DNA of 64,000 bases, from the IMG/VR virus record IMGVR_UViG_638276473_000001, positions 6,798 through 70,797 of that record; one strand, written 5' to 3'. This document shows positions 33,490 through 42,734 of this stretch, piece after piece (position 1 is the stretch's first letter; every line of letters begins with the position of its first letter). Origin of the DNA: a virus. Lineage: Duplodnaviria; Caudoviricetes. The translations under genes and the position numbers were made by a program. The notes below the pieces were generated by a model. The model saw nothing but the letters and a program-made list of their open reading frames with translations, searched no databases and was not told the DNA's origin.

Positions 33490-33667
33490 CCCGAACCCGT
33501 CAGACGCCGGGTGTAGCGTCGGAGCCGTGGCGGGGATCGAGTACCTCGTCACGGTGCGAGAACGCAGTGGATTCTCACAGTGTTCTTAAGTGGACTAGCC
33601 TAGTCGGATGCTAGGTTGGTTGTGGGTCGGAAAAACCGGCTCACATTTCACGAGAAACGGAATCGAA

Positions 33668-35152
33668 ATGACACAGGAAACCATTCCCTACCTGCACGAC
33701 AACTGCATGATCGGTGGCGCAATCGGAGGCGCGCTGTTGCTCCCCAACGGGATGACGGCGTTCACCGACAGCAACGGCATGCTGGTCGTGACCGACAGCA
33801 AGGGCGTGCTGGTCCCGCAGGCGATGATCAACGCCGAAATGCTCGCCGCCGTGGACAAGGCGCGCAAAGAGCAGCCCGGTTGGCGTCCGTCGTCCTGGTG
33901 GCACGATGGGCGGCTGGAAAACCCGCTCAAGCCGAGCCACTACAGCGGCTATCTGCCGGTGAGCCTCGTCAAGGAACGCCTGCTCAACTGGCAGGCACTC
34001 GACGGCAACGTGAAGATCGCACTCGACCTGGACGTGCGCGATCCGAACGGCGACGGTACGACCTACGTCAAGGTGCCGGTCGAATTCCCGGTGTCCATCT
34101 ACAAGGGCGTGATTCGCGAGGACAAGCTGCGCGACATCTACGAAAACTGGTGGGCCACCGGCCAACTCGATCAGGACGCGCTGAATGCCGTTGTGCTGGG
34201 CATGCACTCGGACGAATACCAGCAGCACCAACTCGATCAGACGTTCATCACGGAGACCGCGAACATCATCGGCGCTGCCGGTGGCGAACTCGGTGTGACG
34301 AGCGCGCTGATCCTGCGCGGTGGTCGTGTCGCCTCGATGGAAATTTCCATCCCCGAGGAACTGCACGACGACAAGACGGGATTCAATTTCCGACCGAATC
34401 TCGTTGTGTCCACGTCGTTCAACGGAACGTTGCCGACAAGCTGGACTCGAACGATCACCGCGACCGTCTGCGACAACACGTTGCAGTACGCGTTGTCACA
34501 GGCAGGCGAGACCGGCAAGTACAAGATTCGGCACACGAAGAACTCGCTGGTTCACATCCGAGACGCCGTGCAGGCGTTGGGATTGATCCACCAGCAGGCC
34601 GACGTGTTCACCGAGACGCTGCGGTCGTGGTCCGAGACCGAGGTCACCGAGAAGCACTTCAACGCGTGGCTGGACGCCATGTACCCGGTGCCCGAGGTCA
34701 AGACCGAGGTCATCCTGTCCGAGGCTGGCGAGAAGATCGGCGAGAAGGTCAAGACCAACTCGCAATCGCTGGTGATGAACAAGCGCGACCGTCTGATCCA
34801 GATGTGGGATTCGGACCCGCGCGTCATCGGGCCGGAGGGTCAGTGGAAGCATTCGAAGCTGGCAATCGCGCAGTTGCACAACACGTTCCAGCACCATGAG
34901 CAGATGGTCAAGGGCGTCAAGGCACTGGGCGGCAACCGGCTGCAAGCGCGTGTCGAGACGAACGCGTTCAAGGTGCTCAAGGCCGACCGCAACGGCGAGT
35001 CGGAATTCAGCAAGGCCGACCGTGCCGCGATGGAAAAGCTCGATCTGATCCTGGCGCACGACGAAGCCGCTGCGAAGGTGGCCGTGCCGGTCGGTGCTCC
35101 GACCACGAAGGCACCGGCCAAGTCCCGCGCCAAGAAGGCCGCGAGCAACTAA
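33668..35152 (+). CDS. DUF932-family (phage/plasmid-like) protein
   Basis: LVVSTSFNG...TVCDNTL...IRHTKN signature. Confidence 0.85.
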   Translation: MTQETIPYLHDNCMIGGAIGGALLLPNGMTAFTDSNGMLVVTDSKGVLVPQAMINAEMLAAVDKARKEQPGWRPSSWWHDGRLENPLKPSHYSGYLPVSLVKERLLNWQALDGNVKIALDLDVRDPNGDGTTYVKVPVEFPVSIYKGVIREDKLRDIYENWWATGQLDQDALNAVVLGMHSDEYQQHQLDQTFITETANIIGAAGGELGVTSALILRGGRVASMEISIPEELHDDKTGFNFRPNLVVSTSFNGTLPTSWTRTITATVCDNTLQYALSQAGETGKYKIRHTKNSLVHIRDAVQALGLIHQQADVFTETLRSWSETEVTEKHFNAWLDAMYPVPEVKTEVILSEAGEKIGEKVKTNSQSLVMNKRDRLIQMWDSDPRVIGPEGQWKHSKLAIAQLHNTFQHHEQMVKGVKALGGNRLQARVETNAFKVLKADRNGESEFSKADRAAMEKLDLILAHDEAAAKVAVPVGAPTTKAPAKSRAKKAASN

Positions 35153-35163
35153 CAACTGAATAC

Positions 35164-35210
35164 AACGATGGTGGCCGGGAATGCAACGAAGCTTCCCGGC
35201 CACCGTCGTT
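35164..35210 (+). terminator. Long stem-loop after the DUF932 gene
   Basis: AACGATGGTGGCCGGGAA / TTCCCGGCCACCGTCGTT, 18-bp stem with one G-U. Confidence 0.7.
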
Positions 35211-35250
35211 TCCAGACTTAAAACCAAACTCACACAGAAAGATTCAACCA

Positions 35251-35565
35251 ATGAGCAAGATTCGCACACGGTTTGCACTGGGATTCATCACGATTGGCGC
35301 TGTCGGCGCTCTGATCGCATCCCCGCCAGCGCAGGCCGATCCGGTCCAAGACATGCTGCACGACGCATCGCTGTTCTGCACGTGGGTTTACAACGACCCA
35401 ACTCCGCGTGGCGTTGCAAACGCCGTGGCAGAGTTCGTGAATCAGGGCGTGCCCGAGCAGGTCGCCGTGGACACGATCACGTTCGCCATTGCGAACGTAT
35501 GCCCGCAGTACGGTCCCCTGGTGGCCGAGACGGCGAGACTCGTTGCCCCGCAGCAGTATGTCTGA
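35251..35565 (+). CDS. Secreted DUF732-like protein
   Basis: Signal peptide ending PAQA-DP; two Cys, C-terminal VCPQY. Confidence 0.7.
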   Translation: MSKIRTRFALGFITIGAVGALIASPPAQADPVQDMLHDASLFCTWVYNDPTPRGVANAVAEFVNQGVPEQVAVDTITFAIANVCPQYGPLVAETARLVAPQQYV

Positions 35566-35833
35566 CCGTTTCCTGTACGTGTTCAACGTTCACGGTCGCA
35601 GCAACTTCCCGATTGACATGCTGCGATACGACCGTGCAACACCACACACGGAACGGGACGCAAAGCAAATCATCCCGGCGACTGGCTGCCATTCGGGAGG
35701 CACCATCGCCGGTTATGACATCGAATTGCAGTCGAATCGTGAACCGACTACGGCACGTTGGCGTTCGTTCGGTTGGGACGTGACCGACGTGCAGAAAATT
35801 CGAGTCAACATGCACGGACGGAGTGGCTGGTGA
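35558..35833 (+). CDS. Hypothetical protein
   Basis: FPIDMLRYD...PTTARWRSFGW motif. Confidence 0.75.
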   Translation: MSDRFLYVFNVHGRSNFPIDMLRYDRATPHTERDAKQIIPATGCHSGGTIAGYDIELQSNREPTTARWRSFGWDVTDVQKIRVNMHGRSGW

Positions 35834-35920
35834 AGGCGTTCCTTCGCGTAGTCTGGGCAATGGTCCGCGACATCGAATGGGAGATGGAACCCGTTCGAAT
35901 CACAGTGAAAGGCAAGCACA

Positions 35921-36160
35921 ATGGGCATCACGGTCCCCATTCCCGAGGAAGCTAAGAAAGCCCTCGGACGTGTTGACGAAATGCACAGCAATCTCAGCGC
36001 GATTCGTCAACTGCTCGAAACACTGGTGCAGCAGAACGCCGTCCTGGTGGAGGCATTCGCTGCACTGATGGACTACGAACCCGATAAGACGCAGGCACCC
36101 GGTAAGGTGATCCGGTTGCGTCGAGTCGGCGAACCACACGCGGCGTTCGAACAGCCATGA
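35921..36160 (+). CDS. Hypothetical protein
   Basis: GAAAGG RBS; coiled-coil-like. Confidence 0.6.
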   Translation: MGITVPIPEEAKKALGRVDEMHSNLSAIRQLLETLVQQNAVLVEAFAALMDYEPDKTQAPGKVIRLRRVGEPHAAFEQP

Positions 36161-36516
36161 GCAAACGCAAGTGGCCGGTGGGGAGCTTTGTGCCGTGCTC
36201 CCCCCGGCACTTGCACTGCTCACCGGCACACGCAGAATTCGTACGCAACTACCGGCTCGAAAGGCACAGGCAGGAAGTGCTTTTCGAGGTTCAGATGAAC
36301 AACGATGCCGAGCGCGAACATTGGCGTGAGAACGGAGGCGAAATCGTCACGTTCAAGTCGTGGTTGATCGCGCACAAAGGCAGTGGGCAGCAACACCAGC
36401 AGGAAGCGTACGAAAACGCACTGCGAACGGAGCCGAAATGCCAGCCCACACAACCGCTCTCGGCTTTGATCCGTGAGCAAAGCGCGACGTATATCGCAGG
36501 AAGTAGGTACGGATGA
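36157..36516 (+). CDS. Hypothetical protein
   Basis: ATGA overlaps at both ends. Confidence 0.7.
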   Translation: MSKRKWPVGSFVPCSPRHLHCSPAHAEFVRNYRLERHRQEVLFEVQMNNDAEREHWRENGGEIVTFKSWLIAHKGSGQQHQQEAYENALRTEPKCQPTQPLSALIREQSATYIAGSRYG

Positions 36517-36857
36517 GCATTCCAGAAGCCACGGGCGACTGCTACGAGGCCGCGTTGAACTACCTGATGGATCACCGCGACGAGCTACACCTACGCCTGG
36601 TGCATGCCGAGGTCGCCGGTCAGGGTCCGTTGGAGGGCATCACACTGGGCCACGCGTGGGTTGAAGACGGCGGCTGGGTCATCGACCGCAGCAACGGGCG
36701 AAATATCCGCATGCCCAAGTGGCAGTATTACGCAATCGGTAAGGTGCTGGAAATCAACAACATCCACCGGTATACGTTTCAACAAGCAGCCGAAACGTGC
36801 TTGAAATACGGGCATTACGGCCCGTGGGTGGACTCGCTGATGAATACGGCGCTGTGA
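36513..36857 (+). CDS. Small transglutaminase/papain-fold-like protein
   Basis: GDCYE...GHAWVE...VID, Cys-His-Asp order. Confidence 0.6.
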   Translation: MSIPEATGDCYEAALNYLMDHRDELHLRLVHAEVAGQGPLEGITLGHAWVEDGGWVIDRSNGRNIRMPKWQYYAIGKVLEINNIHRYTFQQAAETCLKYGHYGPWVDSLMNTAL

Positions 36858-37046
36858 AGTGGTGAGCTAGCGCGCGGGCACACGCGCGCTCTCCCTCTTT
36901 TTGATTGGGTGGGAGGTCCCAACGCGGTCCACCAGACCCATCAGATCAGCGCGTGGCGGGTGTGCATACGCAGAGGGCGGGAAATCCCAAGGGTGGGATT
37001 CCCCTTTATTTCCCGGTGCGCAGCAAACACATACGACCAGGCACGA

Positions 37047-37084
37047 TACGCTTGCACCCGGTGGACCCCTACGCTTGCACCCGG
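37047..37084. repeat. 15-bp direct repeat TACGCTTGCACCCGG x2
   Basis: Copies at 37047 and 37070 (23-bp period) in intergenic DNA. Confidence 0.85.
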
Positions 37085-37209
37085 CACTATGTAATTACAT
37101 CACAAGTGTTGAAGCTAATTAGAATGGCTACGAATTCGAAATGCTAATTTCGCATTTGGAAATGTCTCAGACTTCCCTTAAGGGAAGTAGGCCACCGAAT
37201 TGATAGGAT

Positions 37210-37482
37210 ATGCGCGTGAGTGAAATTATCCATACAGGAAAGATTCTCGCGTCTGAGCCGCGTGCCGTTCGTGTTCGCATGCCCGAGGATCAAAGTTCTG
37301 CGCACAGTGCCGTTCACGGTTCAATCGATATTCTCACGAATTCCACACTAGAAGCTCGCAAAATCATGGCCGCTTGGCCTGAAATCGCAAACGCTTTGGC
37401 TCTGAAAGTGGAGGAAGTTCTGGGCCGTGAGGACCCTGAAACGGAGGATGCCCCTAATAAGAAGGAAAGCGACGGCCAGTGA
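37210..37482 (+). CDS. Hypothetical protein
   Basis: Preceded by TGATAGGAT extended -10; GTG 37216 is an alternative leaderless start. Confidence 0.65.
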   Translation: MRVSEIIHTGKILASEPRAVRVRMPEDQSSAHSAVHGSIDILTNSTLEARKIMAAWPEIANALALKVEEVLGREDPETEDAPNKKESDGQ

Positions 37483-37817
37483 CCCGACGCATCGGCTTTG
37501 AGCCTGTCCCCGACTTCACAGACGAGGAACTGGTTCAATTCCTACAGAAGACGATCACGAATGACACCGACCATTTGGAAGAAGTGTTGATCGACTTACT
37601 AGGAACGGTCGAAGAAACGAGAGCAAATGGGCAGAATGTTGAATTCGCTTACGCCAAGCTGATGAACTGGCTCACAGGTCTGCCCAAACCTGTTAGGATT
37701 CACTTGTGCGCTGCCGCACTGTGGAAACTCCACGGACAGGAGAACGCAGAGATTCGACCTCTGCACCATGAAGAAACGGACACCGGACATGGCCCACAAA
37801 TCGAACGACCTTCTTAA
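37479..37817 (+). CDS. Hypothetical protein
   Basis: GTGA overlap, AAGGA RBS. Confidence 0.65.
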   Translation: MTRRIGFEPVPDFTDEELVQFLQKTITNDTDHLEEVLIDLLGTVEETRANGQNVEFAYAKLMNWLTGLPKPVRIHLCAAALWKLHGQENAEIRPLHHEETDTGHGPQIERPS

Positions 37818-38337
37818 CACTTGCCTCGCCCACGAATGGAAGGCACAAATCAAACCAGAGATACCGGCCTCTGGAAATCCTGACGAAATCGTGTGGAATC
37901 TCTATGCCTTGCGTGGGAAAGAAACGCTTCACGTCACATGGCTGGGCAACAGGATGCAGGGTGCCACCTACACCTACGGCGATGGCTATTGTCTCAAGCT
38001 CAACTGGCGCAACCAAGTGCTCAAGCTGGTGACCGGCAGGCCCGATCCGCGCAAGCTCCGCAGCGACGACACAGACAAGCTCATGGCCGAACGGTACGTG
38101 CCGTGGGACGCCGATACGCCCGACGAGAAAATCCTTTGCGCCGTGATCGGATGCCGAATCAGTTGGGTTCGTTCGATAGATCGCGAAATCTGCGATGCGA
38201 CAATCCCGCCAGACCGTTCGAAGAAACACCTTCGCATAATCGAAAGCCCTCCGAATTCAGGCCGAAAGGTTTTGGAATGGGCTGACTCTTTTGGCTTTCA
38301 CGCTGTCAGGCTCGATGCCATCATTGAAGTCAGCTAG
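37768..38337 (+). CDS. Hypothetical protein upstream of helicase
   Basis: 189-aa ORF; start could be 37789. Confidence 0.75.
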   Translation: MKKRTPDMAHKSNDLLNTCLAHEWKAQIKPEIPASGNPDEIVWNLYALRGKETLHVTWLGNRMQGATYTYGDGYCLKLNWRNQVLKLVTGRPDPRKLRSDDTDKLMAERYVPWDADTPDEKILCAVIGCRISWVRSIDREICDATIPPDRSKKHLRIIESPPNSGRKVLEWADSFGFHAVRLDAIIEVS

Positions 38338-38346
38338 GATCGAATC

Positions 38347-40308
38347 ATGACCAGCAGCACGGCCACTCGCACTTTGCGCATGCGGATGGGAAAGCATTCC
38401 CAAAAGCCTCTGATTTGGGTCACTTTCGCTTACGATCCCGAAGTAACCGAAATGCTCAAGGACACGGTTCAAGGCATTCGGTGGGTGCGCAAAGACGGTA
38501 TGTGGACGGCTCCGTTGGATATGGAAACCGCGCGAGACATCCGTGCCGTGTGCCGACACTTCGGAGGCACGCTCAAGATCGAGCCAGAGTTGGGTGTTTG
38601 GGCTACGAAAGAAAAACAAAGGCTCGCAAACCTTCTCAAGCCCGACGACATGGTTGGCGACCACGACAAGTTGCTTCCCTATCTCCGGCAGCACCGGCCC
38701 GAAATCGTGAAGGCGATGGCCGACAGGAAACCGTGGCAGATTCCAGGCGCAGCGTTCGTCGTTTCGCAAAAAGAAGTCGTGATCGCGGATCAACCGGGAT
38801 TGGGCAAGACTCTACAGGTGATCGCCGCGCTGTTGGAAATGCAGACCCGTGGCGCAATCCTGGTGGTAGCACCCAAGACTGCGGTCGAGGTCACCTGGCC
38901 GGATGAAATCGCACGGTGGATCGGCCCGAACGAGAACGTGTTCGTGATCAATTCCGAGGCCAAACCCGACGAGCGCAAGGCCCGAGTTCTGCGGGCGAAA
39001 GCCCTTGCGGAACAAGGCGAAAGAGTCTGGGTTCTCACTGGCTCTAGTTACATTCGCATCAAGGCCGAGTTCGATGACTACGGCAACTACCTTCGGGATG
39101 AGAAGAAACAGAAGATCGTTCGCGCCGTGGGGCACACAGTGGCAGACCTGTTTCGTATGTCGTTTTCGGCTGTGATCGTAGACGAATCGCAGGAAGTTCT
39201 TGCGTGCTCCACCGGCAACAAAAAGAAGTGGAGTGCGCAGCGAACCGGGATGGGTGCGCTTGACATCGTTCCTGGCGCACCGCGAATCGCTATCTCAGGC
39301 ACGCCTTTCCGAGGCAAAACGGAGAACATCTGGGGCACGCTCAACTGGCTGGCTCCCAAGAAATACACGTCGTACTGGAAGTGGGTTCGCAGACACTATG
39401 GCGTGGTTGACAATTGGGATTCCGGCGAAGCCCACATGGAAAAGGGCGACACGATCAGGGATGAGAAGCGATTCTTCTCCGAACTGCGCCCGATCCTCAT
39501 TCGCCGAACGCACGCCGAGCTTCGCAGGCAAGGTTTCATAACCGGCGAAAAGCTGTACGGCGGTACGCCTTTGGACCCGAACGATCCGAAATCGCCTGTG
39601 GCCGTGTGGTTGCCGCTGACTCCCAAGCAGCAAAAGCAGTACGACCAGATTCTCAAAGACGCCGTGATTACGCTCGAATCCCTGGCGGGTGAGAAGGACG
39701 AGGTTGTCGTCAACGGCTCGCTGGCTGAAATGGTGCGCCTCAAGCAGGTTGCAGGGTCGGCGCTTGGTCTGGACGTGAAGCCGGAACTGCCGTCCAACAA
39801 GATCGAGTGGATAAAGAACTTCCTTTCTGAACGAATCTCTGCCGGAACGAAAACCGTTGTGGCTAGCCAGTTCACACAGTTCCTAGAGCTTTTGAGCAGA
39901 GAGTGCGACAAGGCCGGGATTCGTCACTACCTCTACACCGGCAAGACAGTTGGCTCTGAGAGGGCACGGATCAAGCACGAATTCCAGAGCGAATCCGGTG
40001 AAATGGTGGTGCTCTTGAACACGAAATCTGGTGGCCTGTCACTGACTTTGGACGCAGCCGATGATGTAGTGGTGTGCGATCAGACGTGGATTCCTGACGA
40101 TCAGGAACAAGTGGAGAACCGTGCTTACGGTCGTGAGCGCGACCACAACGTCAACATCTGGAACTTGTGCTCTCTTGGGACAATTGACGAAGACATTGCG
40201 GTGCTAAACTTGCAACGAGAGGGCGACATTTTCGCCGTTCTCGATTCGGCCAGAGGGGTTTCCTATGTGAAGCAACTCGTTTCGATGACTCAGGACCGGG
40301 CAGCATGA
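38347..40308 (+). CDS. SNF2-family DNA helicase
   Basis: DQPGLGKT, VDESQ, SGTP, GGLSLTL, QVENRA motifs. Confidence 0.93.
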   Translation: MTSSTATRTLRMRMGKHSQKPLIWVTFAYDPEVTEMLKDTVQGIRWVRKDGMWTAPLDMETARDIRAVCRHFGGTLKIEPELGVWATKEKQRLANLLKPDDMVGDHDKLLPYLRQHRPEIVKAMADRKPWQIPGAAFVVSQKEVVIADQPGLGKTLQVIAALLEMQTRGAILVVAPKTAVEVTWPDEIARWIGPNENVFVINSEAKPDERKARVLRAKALAEQGERVWVLTGSSYIRIKAEFDDYGNYLRDEKKQKIVRAVGHTVADLFRMSFSAVIVDESQEVLACSTGNKKKWSAQRTGMGALDIVPGAPRIAISGTPFRGKTENIWGTLNWLAPKKYTSYWKWVRRHYGVVDNWDSGEAHMEKGDTIRDEKRFFSELRPILIRRTHAELRRQGFITGEKLYGGTPLDPNDPKSPVAVWLPLTPKQQKQYDQILKDAVITLESLAGEKDEVVVNGSLAEMVRLKQVAGSALGLDVKPELPSNKIEWIKNFLSERISAGTKTVVASQFTQFLELLSRECDKAGIRHYLYTGKTVGSERARIKHEFQSESGEMVVLLNTKSGGLSLTLDAADDVVVCDQTWIPDDQEQVENRAYGRERDHNVNIWNLCSLGTIDEDIAVLNLQREGDIFAVLDSARGVSYVKQLVSMTQDRAA

Positions 40309-40658
40309 GAGCACAAAAGATTCCTCCCGTCGCTTCACAGGCGAATCGCCTTGGGATTCCAGGGGTTACGAGCGGAGGGGAACGCCGCGATCCGCGACTG
40401 CCCCCGCCGAGTCAGACCCCCGACGACTACACTATCGCCTTGCACGGCAGTGAAGGGAATAGCTTAACTCCGGTGAAATTAAGCCGGTCGCAACTTGAGA
40501 CGATCTTGAAGCTTGAAGATCGAATCAATACTGCGGGAAAGACTTCCGGCTATCCTCCCGTTTTCGTGGTGTATCACGGTGGACTTAAGAACGTCGGAAG
40601 CAAACAGGACCCGATCTGGGAACCTGCCGGAAAGCCCGTACGAAACCAAAGGATTTAA
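40305..40658 (+). CDS. Hypothetical protein
   Basis: ATGA overlap. Confidence 0.6.
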   Translation: MRAQKIPPVASQANRLGIPGVTSGGERRDPRLPPPSQTPDDYTIALHGSEGNSLTPVKLSRSQLETILKLEDRINTAGKTSGYPPVFVVYHGGLKNVGSKQDPIWEPAGKPVRNQRI

Positions 40659-40659
40659 C

Positions 40660-41001
40660 GTGCTCACTGTCTACAAGTACCAACTCGATCCCGGCGCTGC
40701 GAACCGTTTCCGAACCAAGCGGTTGATGCGAGTCGTTCACGTGGCACCGAGTTACAGCGCCGAATACGAACGAGACACATCGCTGGGAGTTCCTGACGAC
40801 CGCGAAACTCGAATTCGTGCCGAAAGGATCAACGTTTGGTGCCTGGTTGACACCAGCGCCGAACAGATCAGTGATTTCGTCATCTTCGGTACCGGCCATC
40901 CGGTGACCCCCAACGTCCAACACGTCGGAACCGCCGTCATGCCAAGCGGTCTGATCTGGCACGTATTCGTCCCCTACAGCGACTTCGCCGTGGAGCAGTG
41001 A
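40660..41001 (+). CDS. Conserved phage hypothetical protein
   Basis: AAGGA RBS; VYKYQL...VWCLVD...GTGHP...HVGT...WHVF pattern. Confidence 0.75.
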   Translation: MLTVYKYQLDPGAANRFRTKRLMRVVHVAPSYSAEYERDTSLGVPDDRETRIRAERINVWCLVDTSAEQISDFVIFGTGHPVTPNVQHVGTAVMPSGLIWHVFVPYSDFAVEQ

Positions 41002-41396
41002 TGAGCGACTGGCCGATCTATCTGTGGCTTGGCGGGTTGACCGCACAGTCCATCGCTGTTGAATGGCGAAACTGGCGTACTTTTCGACCTGCCCGTGCTC
41101 TGATAACGGCAGAGACAGAGCGGAAAGTGGCTCACACTAAGGCATTCGAAAAGCTCACCGATCCAGAGGCGATTGCTGACGAATTCGAGGCCAGTGGGGA
41201 ACGAAACGCAAAGCAACTGGAAGCGTTGCAGGCCAATCGAATCACCGAGCCACGTGAAGGCGCTGGACCTCACGCCATCATCCATCGGCCACGCAAGATG
41301 AGGCCGGTCACCCCACGTCGTTGGAACCCGCCAGCGGACTACTCAGACCGCGTACGGGCCATGACAGAGAAGCGGAACAGAGGGGAGGGATATTGA
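41001..41396 (+). CDS. Hypothetical protein with N-terminal hydrophobic segment
   Basis: GGAG RBS, TGATG coupling. Confidence 0.65.
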   Translation: MSDWPIYLWLGGLTAQSIAVEWRNWRTFRPARALITAETERKVAHTKAFEKLTDPEAIADEFEASGERNAKQLEALQANRITEPREGAGPHAIIHRPRKMRPVTPRRWNPPADYSDRVRAMTEKRNRGEGY

Positions 41397-41593
41397 TGGA
41401 AAGCCGCGAAGAACCAACCGACGTTGAAGTGAAACGTGTTGAAAACGTACCTGATTCCTTCTGCGATCGTGTGCAACAGGGCGAGGAATTCAGTTGCATT
41501 CGGCTGTGGCAAGGGCAACTGCACCGGTACTGTGACGGGTGCATCGAATACGCCAAACAAAAAGTCATCGAGAAGTACCAACAGAAGCAATGA
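41396..41593 (+). CDS. Small Cys-containing protein
   Basis: GGAGG RBS; four Cys including CDGC. Confidence 0.6.
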   Translation: MESREEPTDVEVKRVENVPDSFCDRVQQGEEFSCIRLWQGQLHRYCDGCIEYAKQKVIEKYQQKQ

Positions 41594-41667
41594 CGTGGTA
41601 ATGTAGTCATTGCAAGCACCGGACACCATCGTCCGAAACAATCACCCTCACAAGGAAAGACAGAACC

Positions 41668-42201
41668 ATGACCGTCACGGACGAATCAGTAGCAGTGGAA
41701 CCGGACACCGAAGCCGTCGCGACCGAAGCGGACAACGGCAACGACTCCGGCGAACCGGACAAGGACAACCGGGATCGGGACTTCACGAAGTACCGGAAGC
41801 TCCACGAAGACCTGGCGAACTACGTCAACGAGCACTCCGGTCTCGATCCGATCACCCCGAATCAGGTCAAGGCGGTCCTGTACCTCCGGCCCGACTTCAA
41901 CAACACGCCGGAGCAGAAGGCCGAGCGCGATGCCCGCAAGGCACGCAAGGCCGAGCAGGCGGCGAAGTACAAGGGGCTGACCGACGAGCAGGTCAAGAAG
42001 GTCAAGGCCGCAGAGCGTGCGCAGGAGCAGGCTCAGCGGATGGCCGCACGTGCCGCCGAGGCACAGGCCGAGGCCGAAGCCCTGCTCGCGCAGTCGCAGT
42101 CCGGTGGTGAAGACGTGGCCGCACAGGTCGAGGCCGCGCAGTCCGAGGCCGTCGAGCCGGATCAGTCGGAGCGCCGTCCGCGCATCGGCAAGCGCCGGTA
42201 A
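41668..42201 (+). CDS. Highly expressed helical/coiled-coil protein
   Basis: AAGGA RBS, strong codon bias, followed by a hairpin. Confidence 0.8.
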   Translation: MTVTDESVAVEPDTEAVATEADNGNDSGEPDKDNRDRDFTKYRKLHEDLANYVNEHSGLDPITPNQVKAVLYLRPDFNNTPEQKAERDARKARKAEQAAKYKGLTDEQVKKVKAAERAQEQAQRMAARAAEAQAEAEALLAQSQSGGEDVAAQVEAAQSEAVEPDQSERRPRIGKRR

Positions 42202-42209
42202 GACTGGTG

Positions 42210-42240
42210 GTACCGGGGAGAACCTCCCCCTCCCCGGTAC
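42210..42240 (+). terminator. Stem-loop
   Basis: GTACCGGGGAG-N9-CTCCCCGGTAC followed by TT. Confidence 0.65.
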
Positions 42241-42458
42241 TTCCGATAACCGTTGGGTAGTTCCCCATTCCGTTTCTCCCCAACGGTTTTCAGAAGTAAC
42301 ACCCCGGAAAATAGCGACACCGATTTGAGAGGAAATCGCGTGGGAAATCAACAGGATGTTTACGACCAGTGGGTCAGTAAACAGCAAGCAATGGGCAGGC
42401 CGCACCAGCAGCCGATCATCCCCATTCCCGAGTTCTACTGCAAGCCGGAGGATTCGGA

Positions 42459-42734
42459 ATGAGCAAGCAGGAAACGCTTCTGATCACGGTCAATTGCGAC
42501 GTGAAAGGCTGTGCGAATTCAATTGCCTGCGGTAGCAATTGGAGCTACCCCGAGGAACAGGGTTGGCACTTGGATGTGCCGGTGGACACCAGGCACATGG
42601 ATTTGTGCCCCGAGTGCTACGGTGATTTGAAGGCTTTTACCGATGGCGACCCCGACGACGAACAAGACATCATGAACTTGCGTGATGTGCTTGCGGGGGA
42701 GCAACCACGTCCCGAGGACGCCAAGAATGATTGA
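42459..42734 (+). CDS. Small zinc-binding protein
   Basis: GGAGG RBS; CDVKGC...GW...DLCPEC. Confidence 0.7.
   Translation: MSKQETLLITVNCDVKGCANSIACGSNWSYPEEQGWHLDVPVDTRHMDLCPECYGDLKAFTDGDPDDEQDIMNLRDVLAGEQPRPEDAKND

Noticed and set aside
33616-34899. 427-aa alternative-frame plus-strand ORF
   Set aside because: Arg-rich off-frame product overlapping the DUF932 gene
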